The position numbers and the translations under genes were made by a program. DNA of 64,000 nucleotides. Origin: Octopus sinensis (taxonomy: Eukaryota). A model generated the notes under the pieces. The model worked only from the letters and a program-made list of their open reading frames with translations. It searched no databases and had not been told where the DNA came from. Each line of letters begins with the position of its first letter. The stretch's first letter is position 1. The stretch is from assembly GCF_006345805.1 (NCBI RefSeq), contig NC_043000.1, forward strand, positions 11,284,001 through 11,348,000, given 5' to 3'. Below are positions 12,022 through 24,600 of the stretch, one piece after another.

Positions 12022-12462
12022 TATCTGGCGAACGTTGGAAATAGATAGCACCAAGTTGGAATTTCTCCGTTTTGACGAGTATTTTTCAAATTTTATTTTC
12101 TACGGTGGCCTTGGAAATGCTTTCTGTAAAGTTTTAGCAAAGAAATTTGCGAAAACTATAGACGCCTTTTCGGTTAAAAAAAAAAAACATTTTTCAGACG
12201 AAAAGGTGTGATTTAAGGGAGATTTGGCAGTTGTTTCTAGCGTATCAAACAACCAGTTAAGTTGATAAAAATAAATTTTCAAACTTTTTTTCGTAGAATG
12301 AGTTTATGCTATTAATGAGACCATTTTTCTAAAAAAAAAATTTTGTTAAAAAAATACTCCAGATCATTTCCAAGGGCACCATAAAAAAAAAAAAATTTGA
12401 AAATTTCCCGTTGAAACGGAGAAACTCCAACTTAGTACTACCTATCTCTGATATCTGCCACA
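12022..12462. mobile_element. MITE with ~55-bp imperfect TIRs
   Basis: Left ATCTGGCGAACGTTGGAAATAGATAGCACCAAGTTGGAATTTCTCCGTTTTGACG versus right reverse complement ATGTGGCAGATATCAGAGATAGGTAGTACTAAGTTGGAGTTTCTCCGTTTCAACG. No clear TSD. Confidence 0.7.
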
Positions 12463-12954
12463 TTACATTGACATTGCATATTGACATTACAACCAGTCGT
12501 ACTATGTTATATAATTTGTCTAACAATTCAGAAATGTAAAATTTCCATGTTTATCTTCTGTTTCTTACACTCTTTCTTTATTATTTCAGATTAACAGACA
12601 ACGTTGGCATTCAGGATATATTTTTACATTGAATTCATCTTCGATATTTGTAATCTTTTGAAGTCTAAGGGGAAATTTTATATATGACATATAACCCTAT
12701 TGCTATTAATCGATGTTAGAACTACTGTGAAATACTGGCTTTAAATAGCAGCGTTTCTCTACCTCACTATCTGATGCCTTTCTCTTTGAATGAAACTTGA
12801 TTAAATTTTTGAAGGTGTTTACAACACCTTAGATATCAGTGAATATTACAGTTGATAACAATAGACTGAGATTTTATATTCATTGAAGAGGTGTCCAAAA
12901 TGTTAGGAAAAACCCCCATATCACTGTGAAATCTGTGGAAAATTTTTCTCTAAA

Positions 12955-14259
12955 ATGATTAAATTACATAGCCACATGCATATTCACACAGGGGAGAAGC
13001 GATTTCATTGTCATATCTGTGATAAATCATTCTCTACAAGTAGTGGCTTAACTAAACATGTTCGTATGCATACAGGAGAGAAACCATATCAGTGTGATGT
13101 CTGTAGTAAAGCATTTTCTGCCAGTAGCTCCTTAGCTAGACACAAACGTCTTCATACAGGAGAAAAACCAAATCCGTGCGATATCTGTGATAAATCGTTC
13201 TCTGACAGCACAAAACTGAGTAGACACAAACGTATTCATACTGGAGAAAAACCATATCACTGTGATTCCTGTGGTAAATCATTCACAGGAAGTAATGACT
13301 TATGGAAGCACATACGTATTCATACAGGAGAGAAACCATATACGTGTGATACCTGTGGCAAATCTTTCTGCCATTCCAATGATTTGACTAGCCACAAACG
13401 TATTCATACAGGCGAGAAACCATACAAGTGTGATATCTGTGATAAATCTTTCTCTCATTCCACTGATTTAACCACCCACAAGCGTATTCATACGGGTGAG
13501 AAACCGTTTCACTGTCACATCTGCAGTAAATCATTCACTGGACGTAGTGCCTTAACTAAACACCTACGTATGCATTCAGGAGAGAAACCATTTAACTGTG
13601 ATGTCTGTGGTAAATCATTCTCTGAAAAACCTAGATTAATTAGACACAAACATATTCACACAGGAGAGAAGCCCTATCACTGTAATTTATGTGGTAAAGC
13701 ATTCTCTTACAATGATCTTTTAACTAACCATAAACGTATTCATACGCTGGAGAAACCGCATCACTGCCGCATTTGCGGTAAGTCATTCTTACGAAATGGT
13801 GACTTAACTAAACATGTCCGTATGCATACAGGTGAGAAACCTTTTCCTTGTGATACATGTGGCAAATCATTCTCTGCAAGTAGTGACTTGGCTAAGCATA
13901 AACGTATTCATACTGGAGAAAAACCATTCTGCTGTGATGTTTGTGGCAGATCATTCTCCAGAGCTAGCATCCTATCTAAACATATACGTGTTCATACAGG
14001 AGAGAAACCATATCAGTGTGATATCTGTGCTAAATCGTTCACTCATAAAAGTGTTTTAACTGTCCACCAACGCGTTCATAGCGGGGAGAAACCGTTTCGT
14101 TGTCATATCTGTGGTAAATCGTTCTCTGGAAGTAGTGACTTAACAAAACACAATCGTATTCATACAGGGGAGAAGCCATATCTGTGTGATATCTGTGGTA
14201 AATCTTTTGCTGAAAAACGCAACTTAACTGCACATTTATCTATCCATACAAAAACGTAA
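12955..14259 (+). CDS. C2H2 zinc-finger protein ZNF-B, 15 intact fingers; ancestral start at 12900 is out of frame
   Basis: 434-aa ORF ending SIHTKT. The upstream ATG at 12900 matches paralog starts but hits TGA at 12927-12929 because of one extra C in a C5 run. Confidence 0.88.
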   Translation: MIKLHSHMHIHTGEKRFHCHICDKSFSTSSGLTKHVRMHTGEKPYQCDVCSKAFSASSSLARHKRLHTGEKPNPCDICDKSFSDSTKLSRHKRIHTGEKPYHCDSCGKSFTGSNDLWKHIRIHTGEKPYTCDTCGKSFCHSNDLTSHKRIHTGEKPYKCDICDKSFSHSTDLTTHKRIHTGEKPFHCHICSKSFTGRSALTKHLRMHSGEKPFNCDVCGKSFSEKPRLIRHKHIHTGEKPYHCNLCGKAFSYNDLLTNHKRIHTLEKPHHCRICGKSFLRNGDLTKHVRMHTGEKPFPCDTCGKSFSASSDLAKHKRIHTGEKPFCCDVCGRSFSRASILSKHIRVHTGEKPYQCDICAKSFTHKSVLTVHQRVHSGEKPFRCHICGKSFSGSSDLTKHNRIHTGEKPYLCDICGKSFAEKRNLTAHLSIHTKT

Positions 14260-14631
14260 CTGTCTCTTAGAATTGGTTACTGCTCACAACAACAATCAAC
14301 ATTTTACAACCATTTTCATTGTTAAATCCTGGATTAGCCACATGAACTAAACAGTAATCAATGAACCAGACCAGTGACATACTACATACTCACCATGATT
14401 CCCTTTTTGAGGTATTGTTTTGCAGCCAGATGTCATCCTTTTTAGTAATCTCTTATATGAGATATATGTAGTTTATCTGGACTCATGCTCTTTGTTAAAA
14501 TTCATATTAAAAAGAATAACTTGTATAACCATAAATGTATTCAAACTGCACTGAAGATATAAAATTGTGAAAGCAAGCTGTAGTGACTATATTTTTTTAT
14601 CATCACAATTACATCTACATTGCTGAGATAA

Positions 14632-15045
14632 CATCATCATCATCGTTTAGCATCCAGTTTCCATGCTAGCATGGGTTGGACGGTTCAACTGGAGTCTGGG
14701 AAGCCAGAAGGCTGCACCAGGCCAAGTCTGATCTGGCAATGTTTCTACGGCTGGATGCCCTTTCTAACGCCAACCACTCCATGAGTGTAGTGGGTGCTTT
14801 TTACATGCCACCGGCACAGGTGCCGGACGCGGCTGGCAAACGACCACGATCAGATGGTGCTTTTTATGTGCCACTAGCACGGGGGCCAGGCAAGGCTGGC
14901 AAACGGCCACGATCGGATGGTGCTTTTTACGTGCCACCGGCACGAGGCCAGTCGGGGTGGTGCTGACAACGGCCATGTTCGGATGGTTCTCTTACGTGCC
15001 ACCAGCCCTGGTATCACAGCTGCAATTTCCATTGATGTTGAGTCC
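14632..15045 (-). mobile_element. RTE-tail-type retroposon with (GAT)n tail and internal ~60-bp tandem units
   Basis: CATCATCATCGTTTA..TCC..TTTCCATGCTAGCATGGGTTGGACGG at the left end, plus GGATGCCCTT.CTAACGCCAACCACT and repeated GGTGCTTTTTACGTGCCACCGGCAC. Confidence 0.85.
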
Positions 15046-15094
15046 ATATTTTTCTAGATTAGTGAAAAATACTGTTGATACCTATATCTAAAAA

Positions 15095-15398
15095 AAAAAG
15101 GAGCACTCCACCAGTTATGATAAGGGTCCCAGCTGATACGATAAATGGAACTGCTTGCTCATGAAATTAACGTGCAAGTCCATACGTGTACCCTTAATGT
15201 AGTTCTCAGGGAGATTCAGCGTGACTCAGAGTGCGACAAGGCTGGCCCTTTGAAATACAGGTACAACTCATTTTTGCTAGCTCAGTGGACTGGAGCAACG
15301 TGAAATAAAGTGTCTTGCTCAAAGACGAACACGTCGCTGAGAATTGAACTTTTGATCATGAACCGAATACCCTAACCACTAAGCCATGCACCTTCACT
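15095..15398 (-). mobile_element. CORE-like tRNA SINE variant (duplicate at ~19245-19547)
   Basis: Minus strand GTGAAGGTGCATGGCTTAGTGGTTAGG head and TTGAGCAAGACACTTTATTTCACGTTGCTCCAG central domain. Confidence 0.8.
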
Positions 15399-16345
15399 GA
15401 TACCTATATATATAATATAGGTAAATAATTGAGAAATTTGTCTTGTATGCTGAAAGAGAACAGAGATAATTTTCTGAAATTGCCTTCAAAATGTAGATCT
15501 CTTTGTGTGTATATACGTATATATATATATGGACAGTTGACGATTTTCCTTCTCCGGACTTTTCCCTTTCTCCTTTCCGACAAAGAGCCATGCTTGAAAC
15601 ATTAGAGACTCCCTTCTTTCACCAAGCATCTAACTAATATAATTCTTGTGCATGTCCTCACATGCGTTTCTCTTTTTTTTTTTTTTTTCTCAATTTGTTT
15701 TTTGAACTGGCTATATTTAAATCTATGGACACTTTATTATCTCCCTTTCTTTCAAACTTTTTTTTTCTAATCACTCACCATGCTTGACTGCTAAATCTAC
15801 AAGTTTTTTTTATTCACTCTATGTTTATTTTCTCTTATTGCTTTCTGTTGAAGAGTGTAGGCTCAAAACGAAAAAGACTTTTCCATTTTCCTGAGCATCA
15901 AACTAATATACCTGCTTGTTGTTCATACACCTGTCTTTGTCTTTTGTTTTCCTATAAATTTTATCTATATATGTATGTGTGTGCTTATAAAAAGCAAAAG
16001 TTGTCTGTACATTAACCGCTAATTTCACTAAATAAAATTGATAAGTTTGGTTTTTTTGTGTATTTTCAACTTATCTGACCTCTGTCATGCTCACTATTTT
16101 CTTTTTTTTTTTTATCCTGAAACATTTGAGAGTAGGGGTTAAATTACCTTTAGAATTTGAAGTTCAGAAGTGTGGAAGTTGTAAGGATAAATTATGGACA
16201 CTCTTCTATCACATCAGTTGTGTTGGGAAAACAAGACTGAAACAACAAATGGAGTGGGAGTGACAGAGATGCTATATGCAGGCAATGGATTTAATTTATT
16301 AGTTTCACAGACATATAAATACATATATGAAATTATGTATATATA

Positions 16346-17815
16346 CAGGGTGTGATAGGTAAATTGTTGCCATTTTATATTTTTAATTATGTGCATTGTA
16401 TTGTTTTTTATTTTGTTGACTACACAGTATAGTAGGGTCAATAGAGCACTGTCTGTGAAAAAAAACACAGCACAATGATGCAATTCACCCTGCCAGAAAT
16501 TTGGCAACCACATACTATACTGCTTGGCATTCGTGCTGGAAGCTCCAATACAAATATTTCAGTGTTTGGGTGTCAATCTGAGAACAGTGCAGAGGATTCT
16601 GAAAGAGTTGGACGAATCTAATGGTGATTATGAAGGTATAGCAGCTCGGAAAACTCTGATAAGAACTCCTGAATTTGTTGGTGAGATCCAGGCCATGATT
16701 GACAACAATCCCTTGAAGTCAACCAAGGACATGAGGGAGGGGAGTGTCTGAGTTTCTTACCAGGCAGATAATGAATGAAGACATTTGGTATTCCTCATAC
16801 AAGATGAAAAAGGGCTAATTTTTATCCCAATCCATCAAGGACAAGAGGAAAGACTGCATTACAAAGCTTTTGAACAAACTCAAGTCAAGTATCCATCAAA
16901 ACATGCTTCGGTTTTTCTCAGACAAAAATTTCTGCCAGGATCAGCTGGTGAGCACACAACGACTATTGGCTTGCCATGTAATGAGAGTGATTAAAATCAA
17001 ACATCATGGTGTTGGAAGTGATGGTGACATTATACTTCCATTGTTCCACACAGCCTCAAACTTAATATAGAGCCTATATCATAGGTTCTCAAAATGAGTG
17101 CTATCCCCCCCCCCCAGTGGGTGTTGAGTCGGTGGGGGTGGTAGAGAAAAAGGAGGTATTGGAAGGAAGGCAGTGAATTGAGGGATGATGTGAATTTATT
17201 ATAATATTGTATATAGATTATATATTATATTAAATATCAAATGATTCATAGTATATATAAATTAGTAAAATATAAAATATTTATACATAAAAATGGGCGG
17301 GGGCACTGAGGGTATTATGTGGCCATGAGGTGGGCGGTGGTCCAAAAGGTTTGAGAACATCTGGCTTACATCAAGTGTCTGGAGAAGGTAGTGCTGCCCT
17401 GGGTCAAAAGGGTGGCTGCTGGAAGACCCTATGTCTGGCAGCAGGACTCTGCACCATGCCACACAAGCAGGAGAACCCAGACAATTTCTGTGACCACATC
17501 ACTCCTAACATCTTGCCACCTAACTCCCCACACTGCAACCCCCTTGATTATTATGTGTGGGGCGCAGTTGAGCAAGAGAGCAACAAAACTCCTTGTAACA
17601 CCAAAGATGAACTGAAGGCAAGGATTATGGTAACATTCACTTAAACAAGGAGATCGTTCAGAAGAGTTACAGGAGATTCCGAAGTCGTCTGGAGGCTGTC
17701 GTTAAAGCCAATGGCAATTTTATTGAATAAATTTACTCTTTTGTATTTCAAGATATTTTTACGTAATTTTGGTAAATATATCTGTTAAAATGAACTGTCA
17801 GTGTTCTTTTCATTT
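16346..17815 (+). mobile_element. Degenerate mariner-like (probably maT/DD37D) transposon; duplicate at 20497-21975
   Basis: TA|CAGGGTGTGATAGGTAAATTG left end; fragments RTPEFVGEIQAMID, RPYVWQQDSAPCH and PPNSPHCNPLDYYVWG with frameshifts; right TIR missing. Confidence 0.85.
17080..17363. mobile_element. hAT-type MITE inserted in the mariner (duplicate at 21239-21523)
   Basis: Termini CATAGGTTCTCAAAA / GTTTGAGAACATCTG; 8-bp TSD GCCTATAT / GCTTACAT. The transposase reading resumes after it. Confidence 0.8.
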
Positions 17816-17817
17816 TT

Positions 17818-18095
17818 GTTTACTCTCGGGTCTCAAATAATAGGGATGCTGGAATAAGCAGGTGGGCTGGACATTTGCTTAAATTTATATAAGTTGGTGG
17901 GTTGGAAAATTGGTAATTGTATAGTGGTAACTATAAAATTTTAAAGGTTGTCTCCCTTGATTTTTAAAAAAACCCAGTTATTTATATTCGTATCTCAAAC
18001 AATAGGGGATGGTGTTGGAATAAGCATAAGGTTGGACATTTGCTTAAATTCATATAAGCGGGTGGGTGGAAATCAGTAACTGTAAAGTATATGTA
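17818..18095 (+). repeat. Two imperfect ~100-bp direct units (CTCAAA.AATAGGG..GGAATAAGCA..TTGGACATTTGCTTAAATT)
   Basis: Units start near 17822 and 17994; duplicated at ~21980-22250. Probably the end of a DNA transposon. Confidence 0.6.
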
Positions 18096-18423
18096 CGAAA
18101 ATTAGGAAAAATAAACATCTTAAAGCACATATAATGACACAACGAGGCAAAAGAAATTAACAAGAGGCAAGTGAAAGCACATACGTGTGCTCCAAGCGTT
18201 CAGTTTAGTTATACATTTGTATAATAAAAGTAAAACATTTGTTAATTATGGTAATTAATGGGATTTTTATTTATTTATTTACTTATTTTTGTAAATGCTA
18301 CGAATAAAACATATTGATACAAGTAACACGTCTTAAAAAGTAAGAAAAGTAAAACACAATGAAAAGAGCATAATTACCGTTTCGTGAACTTGCGGTATTA
18401 ATTATACTATACATAGTAAATTC

Positions 18424-18750
18424 GTGGCTCAGTGGTTAGAGCGTCGAGCTTACGATCGTGAGGTTGTGAGCTCGAATCCCGGACCGGGCTGCGTGTTGTG
18501 TTCTTGAGCAAGACACTTTATTTCACGTTGCTCCAGTTCACTCAGCTGTAGAAATGAGTTGCGACGTCACAGGTGCCAAGCTGTATCGACCTTTGTCTTT
18601 CCCTTGGATAACACTGGTGGCGTGGAGAGGGGAGGCCGGTATGCATGGGCGACTGCTGGTCTTCCATAAAACAACCTTGCCCAGACTTGTGCCTTAGAGG
18701 GTAACTCTCTAGGTGCAAACCCATGGTCAGTGTCTGACCGAAGGGGGTCA
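18424..18750 (+). mobile_element. CORE-like tRNA-derived SINE (copies 22584-22910 +, 35421-35747 -, 56212-56538 +)
   Basis: tRNA-like head TGGCTCAGTGGTTAGAGC...TCGAATCCCGG followed by TTCTTGAGCAAGACACTT...CAGCTGTAGAAATGAG, which resembles the MIR CORE domain. Confidence 0.88.
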
Positions 18751-21700
18751 CCACCACATAGTAAAACATAGCACAGACTCCTAATTTTTCGTCACTGTCA
18801 TTCTGCAAGTTTCTCGGTTTCGATATTCGCTTCTTTACGGATCACTGAGCTTCACTGGCAGCTGAGATGAGTTTGCTTCGATATGGCAAGAAAAGTGTAG
18901 AGGTCTGGGAAGCTAGTTGGCTGCACCAGGCCCAGTCTGATTTGGCAATGTTTCTACGGCTGGATGCCCTTCCTAACGCCAACCACTCCATGAGTGTAGT
19001 GGGTGCTTTTTACATGCCACCGGCACAGGTGCCAGACGAGGCTGGCAAATGACCACGATTGGATGGTGCTTTTTACGTGCCACCGGCACGAGGCCAGTCG
19101 GGGCGGTGCTGACAATGGCCATGTTCGGATGGTTCTCTTACGTGCCACCAGCCCTGGTATCACAGCTGCGATTTCCATTGATGTTGAGTCCATATTTTTC
19201 TAGATTAGTGGAAAATACTGTTGATACCTATATCTAAAAAAAAAAGGAGCACTCCACCAGTTATGATGACAAGGGTCCCAGCTGCTACGATAAATGGAAC
19301 TGCTTGCTCATGAAATTAACGTGCAAGTCCATACGTGTACCCTTAATGTAGTTCTCAGGGAGATTCAGCGTGACTCAGAGTGCGACAAGGCTGGCCCTTT
19401 GAAATACAGGTACAACTCATTTTTGCTAGCTCAGTGGACTGGAGCAACGTGAAATAAAGTGTCTTGCTCAAAGACGAACACGTCGCTGAGAATTGAACTT
19501 TTGATCATGAACCGAATACCCTAACCACTAAGCCATGCACCTTCACTGATACCTATATATATAATATAGGTAAATAATTGAGAAATTTGTCTTGTATGCT
19601 GAAAGAGAACAGAGATAATTTTCTGAAATTGCCTTCAAAATGTAGATCTCTTTGTGTGTATATACGTATATATATATATGGACAGTTGACGATTTTCCTT
19701 CTCCGGACTTTTCCCTTTCTCCTTTCCAACAAAGAGCCATACTTGAAACATTAGAGACTCCCTTCTTTCACCAAGCATCTAACTAATATAATTCTTGTGC
19801 ATGTCCTCACATGCGTTTCTCTTTTTTTTTTTTTTTTCTCAATTTGTTTTTTGAACTGGCTATATTTAAATCTATGGACACTTTATTATCTCCCTTTCTT
19901 TCAAACTTTTTTTTTCTAATCACTCACCATGCTTGACTGCTAAATCTACAAGTTTTTTTTTATTCACTCTATGTTTATTTTCTCTTATTGCTTTCTGTTG
20001 AAGAGTGTAGGCTCAAAACGAAAAAGACTTTTCCATTTTCCTGAGCATCAAACTAATATACCTGCTTGTTGTTCATACACCTGTCTTTGTCTTTTGTTTT
20101 CCTATAAATTTTATCTATATATGTATGTGTGTGCTTATAAAAAGCAAAAGTTGTCTGTACATTAACCGCTAATTTCACTAAATAAAATTGATAAGTTTGG
20201 TTTTTTTTGTGTATTTTTATCTTATCTGACCCCTGTCATGCTTACTATTTTCTTTTTTTTTTTTATCCTGAAACATTTGAGAGTAGGGGTTAAATTACCT
20301 TTAGAATTTGAAGTTCAGAAGTGTGGAAGTTGTAAGGATAAATTATGGACACTCTTCTATCACATCAGTTGTGTTGGGAAAACAAGACTGAAACAACAAA
20401 TGGAGTGGGAGTGACAGAGATGCTATATGCAGGCAATGGATTTAATTTATTAGTTTCACAGACATATAAATACATATATGAAATTATGTATATATACAGG
20501 GTGTGATAGGTAAATTGTTGCCATTTTATATTTTTAATTATGTGCATTGTATTGTTTTTTATTTTGTTGACTACACAGTATAGTAGGGTCAATAGAGCAC
20601 TGCCTGTGAAAAAAAACACAGCACAATGATGCAATTCACTCTGCCAGAAATTTGGCAACCACATACTATACTGCTTGGCATTCGTGCTGGAAGCTCCAAT
20701 ACAAATATTTCAGTGTTTGGGTGTCAATCTGAGAACAGTGCAGAGGATTCTGAAAGAGTTGGACGAATCTAATGGTGATTATGAAGTTATAGCAGCTCGG
20801 AAAACTCTCTCTGATCATTCTGATGATAACTCCTGAATTTGTTGGTGAGATCCAGGCCATGATTGACAACAATCCCTTGAAGTCAACCAAGGACATGAGG
20901 GAGGGGAGTGTCTGAGTTTCTTACCAGGCAGATAATGAATGAAGACATTTGGTATTCCTCATACAAGATGAAAAAGGGCCAATTTTTATCCCAATCATCA
21001 AGGGCAAGAGGAAAGACTGGCATTACAAAGCTTTTGAACAAACTCAAGTATCCATCCAAACATGCTTCGGTTTTTCTCAGACAAAAATTTCTGCCAGGAT
21101 CAGCTGGTGAGCACACAACGACTATTGGCTTGCCATGTAATGAGAGTGATTAAAATCAAACATCATGGTGTTGGAAGTGATGGTGACATTATACTTCCAT
21201 TGTTCCACACAGCCTCAAACTTAATATAGAGCCTATATCATAGGTTCTCAAAATGAGTGCTATCCCCCCCCCCCCAGTGGGTGTTGAGTCGGTGGGGGTG
21301 GTAGAGAAAAAGGAGGTATTGGAAGGAAGGCAGTGAATTGAGGGATGATGTGAATTTATTATAATATTGTATATAGATTATATATTATATTAAATATCAA
21401 ATGATTCATAGTATATATAAATTAGTAAAATATAAAATATTTATACATAAAAATGGGCGGGGGCACTGAGGGTATTATGTGGCCATGAGGTGGGCGGTGG
21501 TCCAAAAGGTTTGAGAACATCTGGCTTACATCAAGTGTCTGGAGAAGGTAGTGCTGCCCTGGGTCAAAAGGGTGGCTGCTGGAAGACCCTATGTCTGGCA
21601 GCAGGACTCTGCACCATGCCACACAAGCAGGAGAACCCAGACAATTTCTGTGACCACATCACTCCTAACATCTTGCCACCTAACTCCCCACACTGCAACC

Positions 21701-22914
21701 CCCTTGATTATTATGTGTGGGGCGCAGTTGAGCGAGAGAGCAACAAAACTCCTTGTAACACCAAAGATGAACTGAAGGCAAGGATTATGGTAACATTCAC
21801 TTAAACAAGGAGATCGTTCAGAAGAGTTACAGGAGATTCCGAAGTCGTCTGGAGGCTGTCGTTAAAGCCAATGGCAATTTTATTGAATAAATTTACTCTT
21901 TTGTATTTCAAGATATTTTTATGTAATTTTGGTAAATATATCTGTTAAAATGAACTGTCAGTGTTCTTTTCATTTTTGTTTACTCTCAGGTCTCAAATAA
22001 TAGGGGTGCTGGAATAAGCAGGTGGGCTAGACATTTGCTTAAATTTATATAAGTTGGTGGGTTGGAAAATTGGTAATTGTATAGTGGTAACTATAAAATT
22101 TTAAAGGTTGTCTCCCTTGATTTTTAAAAAAACCCAGTTATTTATTCTCGTATCTCAAACAATAGGGGATGGTGTTGGAATAAGCATAAGGTTGGACATT
22201 TGCTTAAATTCATATAAGCGGGTGGGTGGAAATCAGTAACTGTAAAGTATATGTACGAAAATTAGGAAAAATAAACATCTTAAAGCACATATAATGACAC
22301 AACGAGGCAAAAGAAATTAACAAGAGGCAAGTGAAAGCACATACGTGTGCTCCAAGCGTTCAGTTTAGTTATACATTTGTATAATAAAAGTAAAACATTT
22401 GTTAATTATGGTAATTAATGGGATTTTTATTTATTTATTTACTTATTTTTGTAAATGCTACGAATAAAACATATTGATACAAGTAACACGTCTTAAAAAG
22501 TAAGAAAAGTAAAACACAATGAAAAGAGTATAATTACCGTTTCGTGAACTTGCGGTATTAATTATACTATACATAGTAAATTCGTGGCTCAGTGGTTAGA
22601 GCGTCGAGCTTACGATCGTGAGGTTGTGAGCTCGAATCCCGGACCGGGCTGCGTGTTGTGTTCTTGAGCAAGACACTTTATTTCACGTTGCTCCAGTTCA
22701 CTCAGCTGTAGAAATGAGTTGCGACGTCACAGGTGCCAAGCTGTATCGACCTTTGTCTTTCCCTTGGATAACACTGGTGGCGTGGAGAGGGGAGGCCGGT
22801 ATGCATGGGCGACTGCTGGTCTTCCATAAAACAACCTTGCCCAGACTTGTGCCTTAGAGGGTAACTCTCTAGGTGCAAACCCATGGTCAGTGTCTGACCG
22901 AAGGGGGTCACCAC

Positions 22915-23300
22915 CACATAGTAAAACATAGCACAGACTCCTAATTTTTCGTCACTGTCATTCTGCAAGTTTCTCGGTTTCGATATTCGCTTCTTTACGG
23001 ATCACTGAGCTTCACTGGCAGCTGAGATGAGTTTGCTTCGATATGGCAAGAAAAGTGTAGAGGTCTCGTTTTCATCCAACACCAGTATTTTTCCAAGGAA
23101 CATGGCATCTTTATTAACCCTATTGAAGGTGGGTGTCTTAATGTCAACCAGAGAAGTTGAATTGTTGAGAATCTTTTTAACTTGGGTCTTATATCTATTG
23201 TTTGAATTTCTTTGAAATAGGAAATATATGTTCACTGGGTTTGTAAAAGTGAGCAAAGCTGCAGGAAACCAAAAGACGAATGATCACAATAAGCAGTCAG
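22915..23300. repeat. Unidentified dispersed repeat; inverted copy at ~56975-57170
   Basis: Both copies give the near-identical peptide FTNPVNIYFLFQRNSNNRYKTQVKK in the ORF track. Confidence 0.75.
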
Positions 23301-24159
23301 CTCCCCTACCCTAGTCGGTAACACTCCCAATGCAGGATTCCTCACTATCAAGGTAACAGGCACAGCTGTAAGATACATTACGAATCTATAACAAGTGGAA
23401 GGGCGTGACCCAACTGAAATTAACATTAACAGCTGTGTGACGTGAGAGCTAAGGAGAAATGAAAGTGTCACCTATGAAGTTTGCAAATGACCACTATACT
23501 GATAAGTAATTGGACAGACTCATCTGGGAAGGCCTTGAAATCAATGCTACCATCTGGGGGCTATGTGTGACCCAGTGATAATAAAAAGACTGAAAGGAGG
23601 TCTGCAATCAAATAACTTTACTCCACACTTTGCAATTGAATCAGTAGAGGCAAAGTTGCCTCTCATTTACTTGACAATTTATGCACCACATTGCAGAAAT
23701 CACAATCTAAGTATATGTCAAAGCAAACTCTTACACTGTTGTACCATTGAATTACAAATAATGCTCATCTTTTATGCTCGGGTGACCCTACAGCAATGGG
23801 GTAGGGAAGAATATCTGACATTAATTTATTACCACCAAGAAGAACTTAACTTCAATTCCCAATGCTTTTAATTCTAAGGGGATGTAGACTACTTGCTGTA
23901 TTGGGTTTTTTGAATGGGATAAGGATAAAGATGAACGTAGTTATATCACCTTCCTCTTTCTTGACCTCCATTATTTTCTTCTGCTTCTCCAAATTATAGT
24001 AGGCTTTGGGTATTTCTTCCCTAAATTCATTCTGCTACAATAATAGCAAAAAGAAGCAATGTAATTATTTTAGTCTCTAGTACTGACGTAAAATTTGCTA
24101 AAAAATTACAATAGATATTCTTGTATGTTGAAAATCTATATGGTCGTGTGTGTGCACCG

Positions 24160-24600
24160 CTTCTTCAGAGCGGCATAGAGGCCGAGTGGAAATAGAAGCA
24201 TGGAAAGACATCATCGAACGATCAAGGCCATGGTGGAGAAGGAATGCATCTCACCGCTGGAAGCAGTATTCTGGTACACTATGTCACCCCAATCAGGACA
24301 GGCTGAAGAGTCCGTGTCACACACGATAATATTCAGATATGAATGGCGACATCTGAGTAAACTATCAGAATGCTCTGCGGAAAATAGAGGACCTGCCTTC
24401 GTAGAGATGGGAGATGAAGTCTGGATCAAGCCCCCGAAGGCACGCTGCACATCTCAGAGGAACAGTGACGGCTGTTAATTCCATAAATAACGTTTCTGTG
24501 GATGGAATGCCGTGTCATGTCTTGGATGTATGCAGAATTGTCGCTTCGTCGGATGACGAAGGTGGAGAAGAGGAAGAAAACGAGGCTCCCTCCCTATGGG
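24160..24600 (+). mobile_element. Gypsy-like integrase C-terminal fragment
   Basis: RPSGN..ERHHRTIK, EAVFWY, GDEVWIKPPKARCT and TVTAVNSINNVSVDGMPCH. Confidence 0.75.

Larger units (their letters stand above)
11381..12589 (+). other. Predicted 5'-UTR intron of ZNF-B
   Basis: Donor AAG|GTAAGTTGAC at 11381; acceptor TTATTTCAG|ATTAAC at 12589. Confidence 0.75.
14694..23066 (+). repeat. Head-to-tail tandem duplication, ~4.2 kb unit (14694-18906 and 18903-23066)
   Basis: The two units are collinear with scattered substitutions and small indels. GTCT microhomology at 14694, 18903 and 23063. Confidence 0.95.

Noticed and set aside
14676-14966. Recurrent short ORFs MDGSTGV..., MGLHLESYP..., MLGGQT...
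   Set aside because: Translations of high-copy SINE or retroposon bodies, not genes.
18424-18490. tRNA-like sequences (also 22584, 56222, 43064)
   Set aside because: They are SINE heads: no complete cloverleaf or acceptor stem, and each continues into a repeated SINE body.
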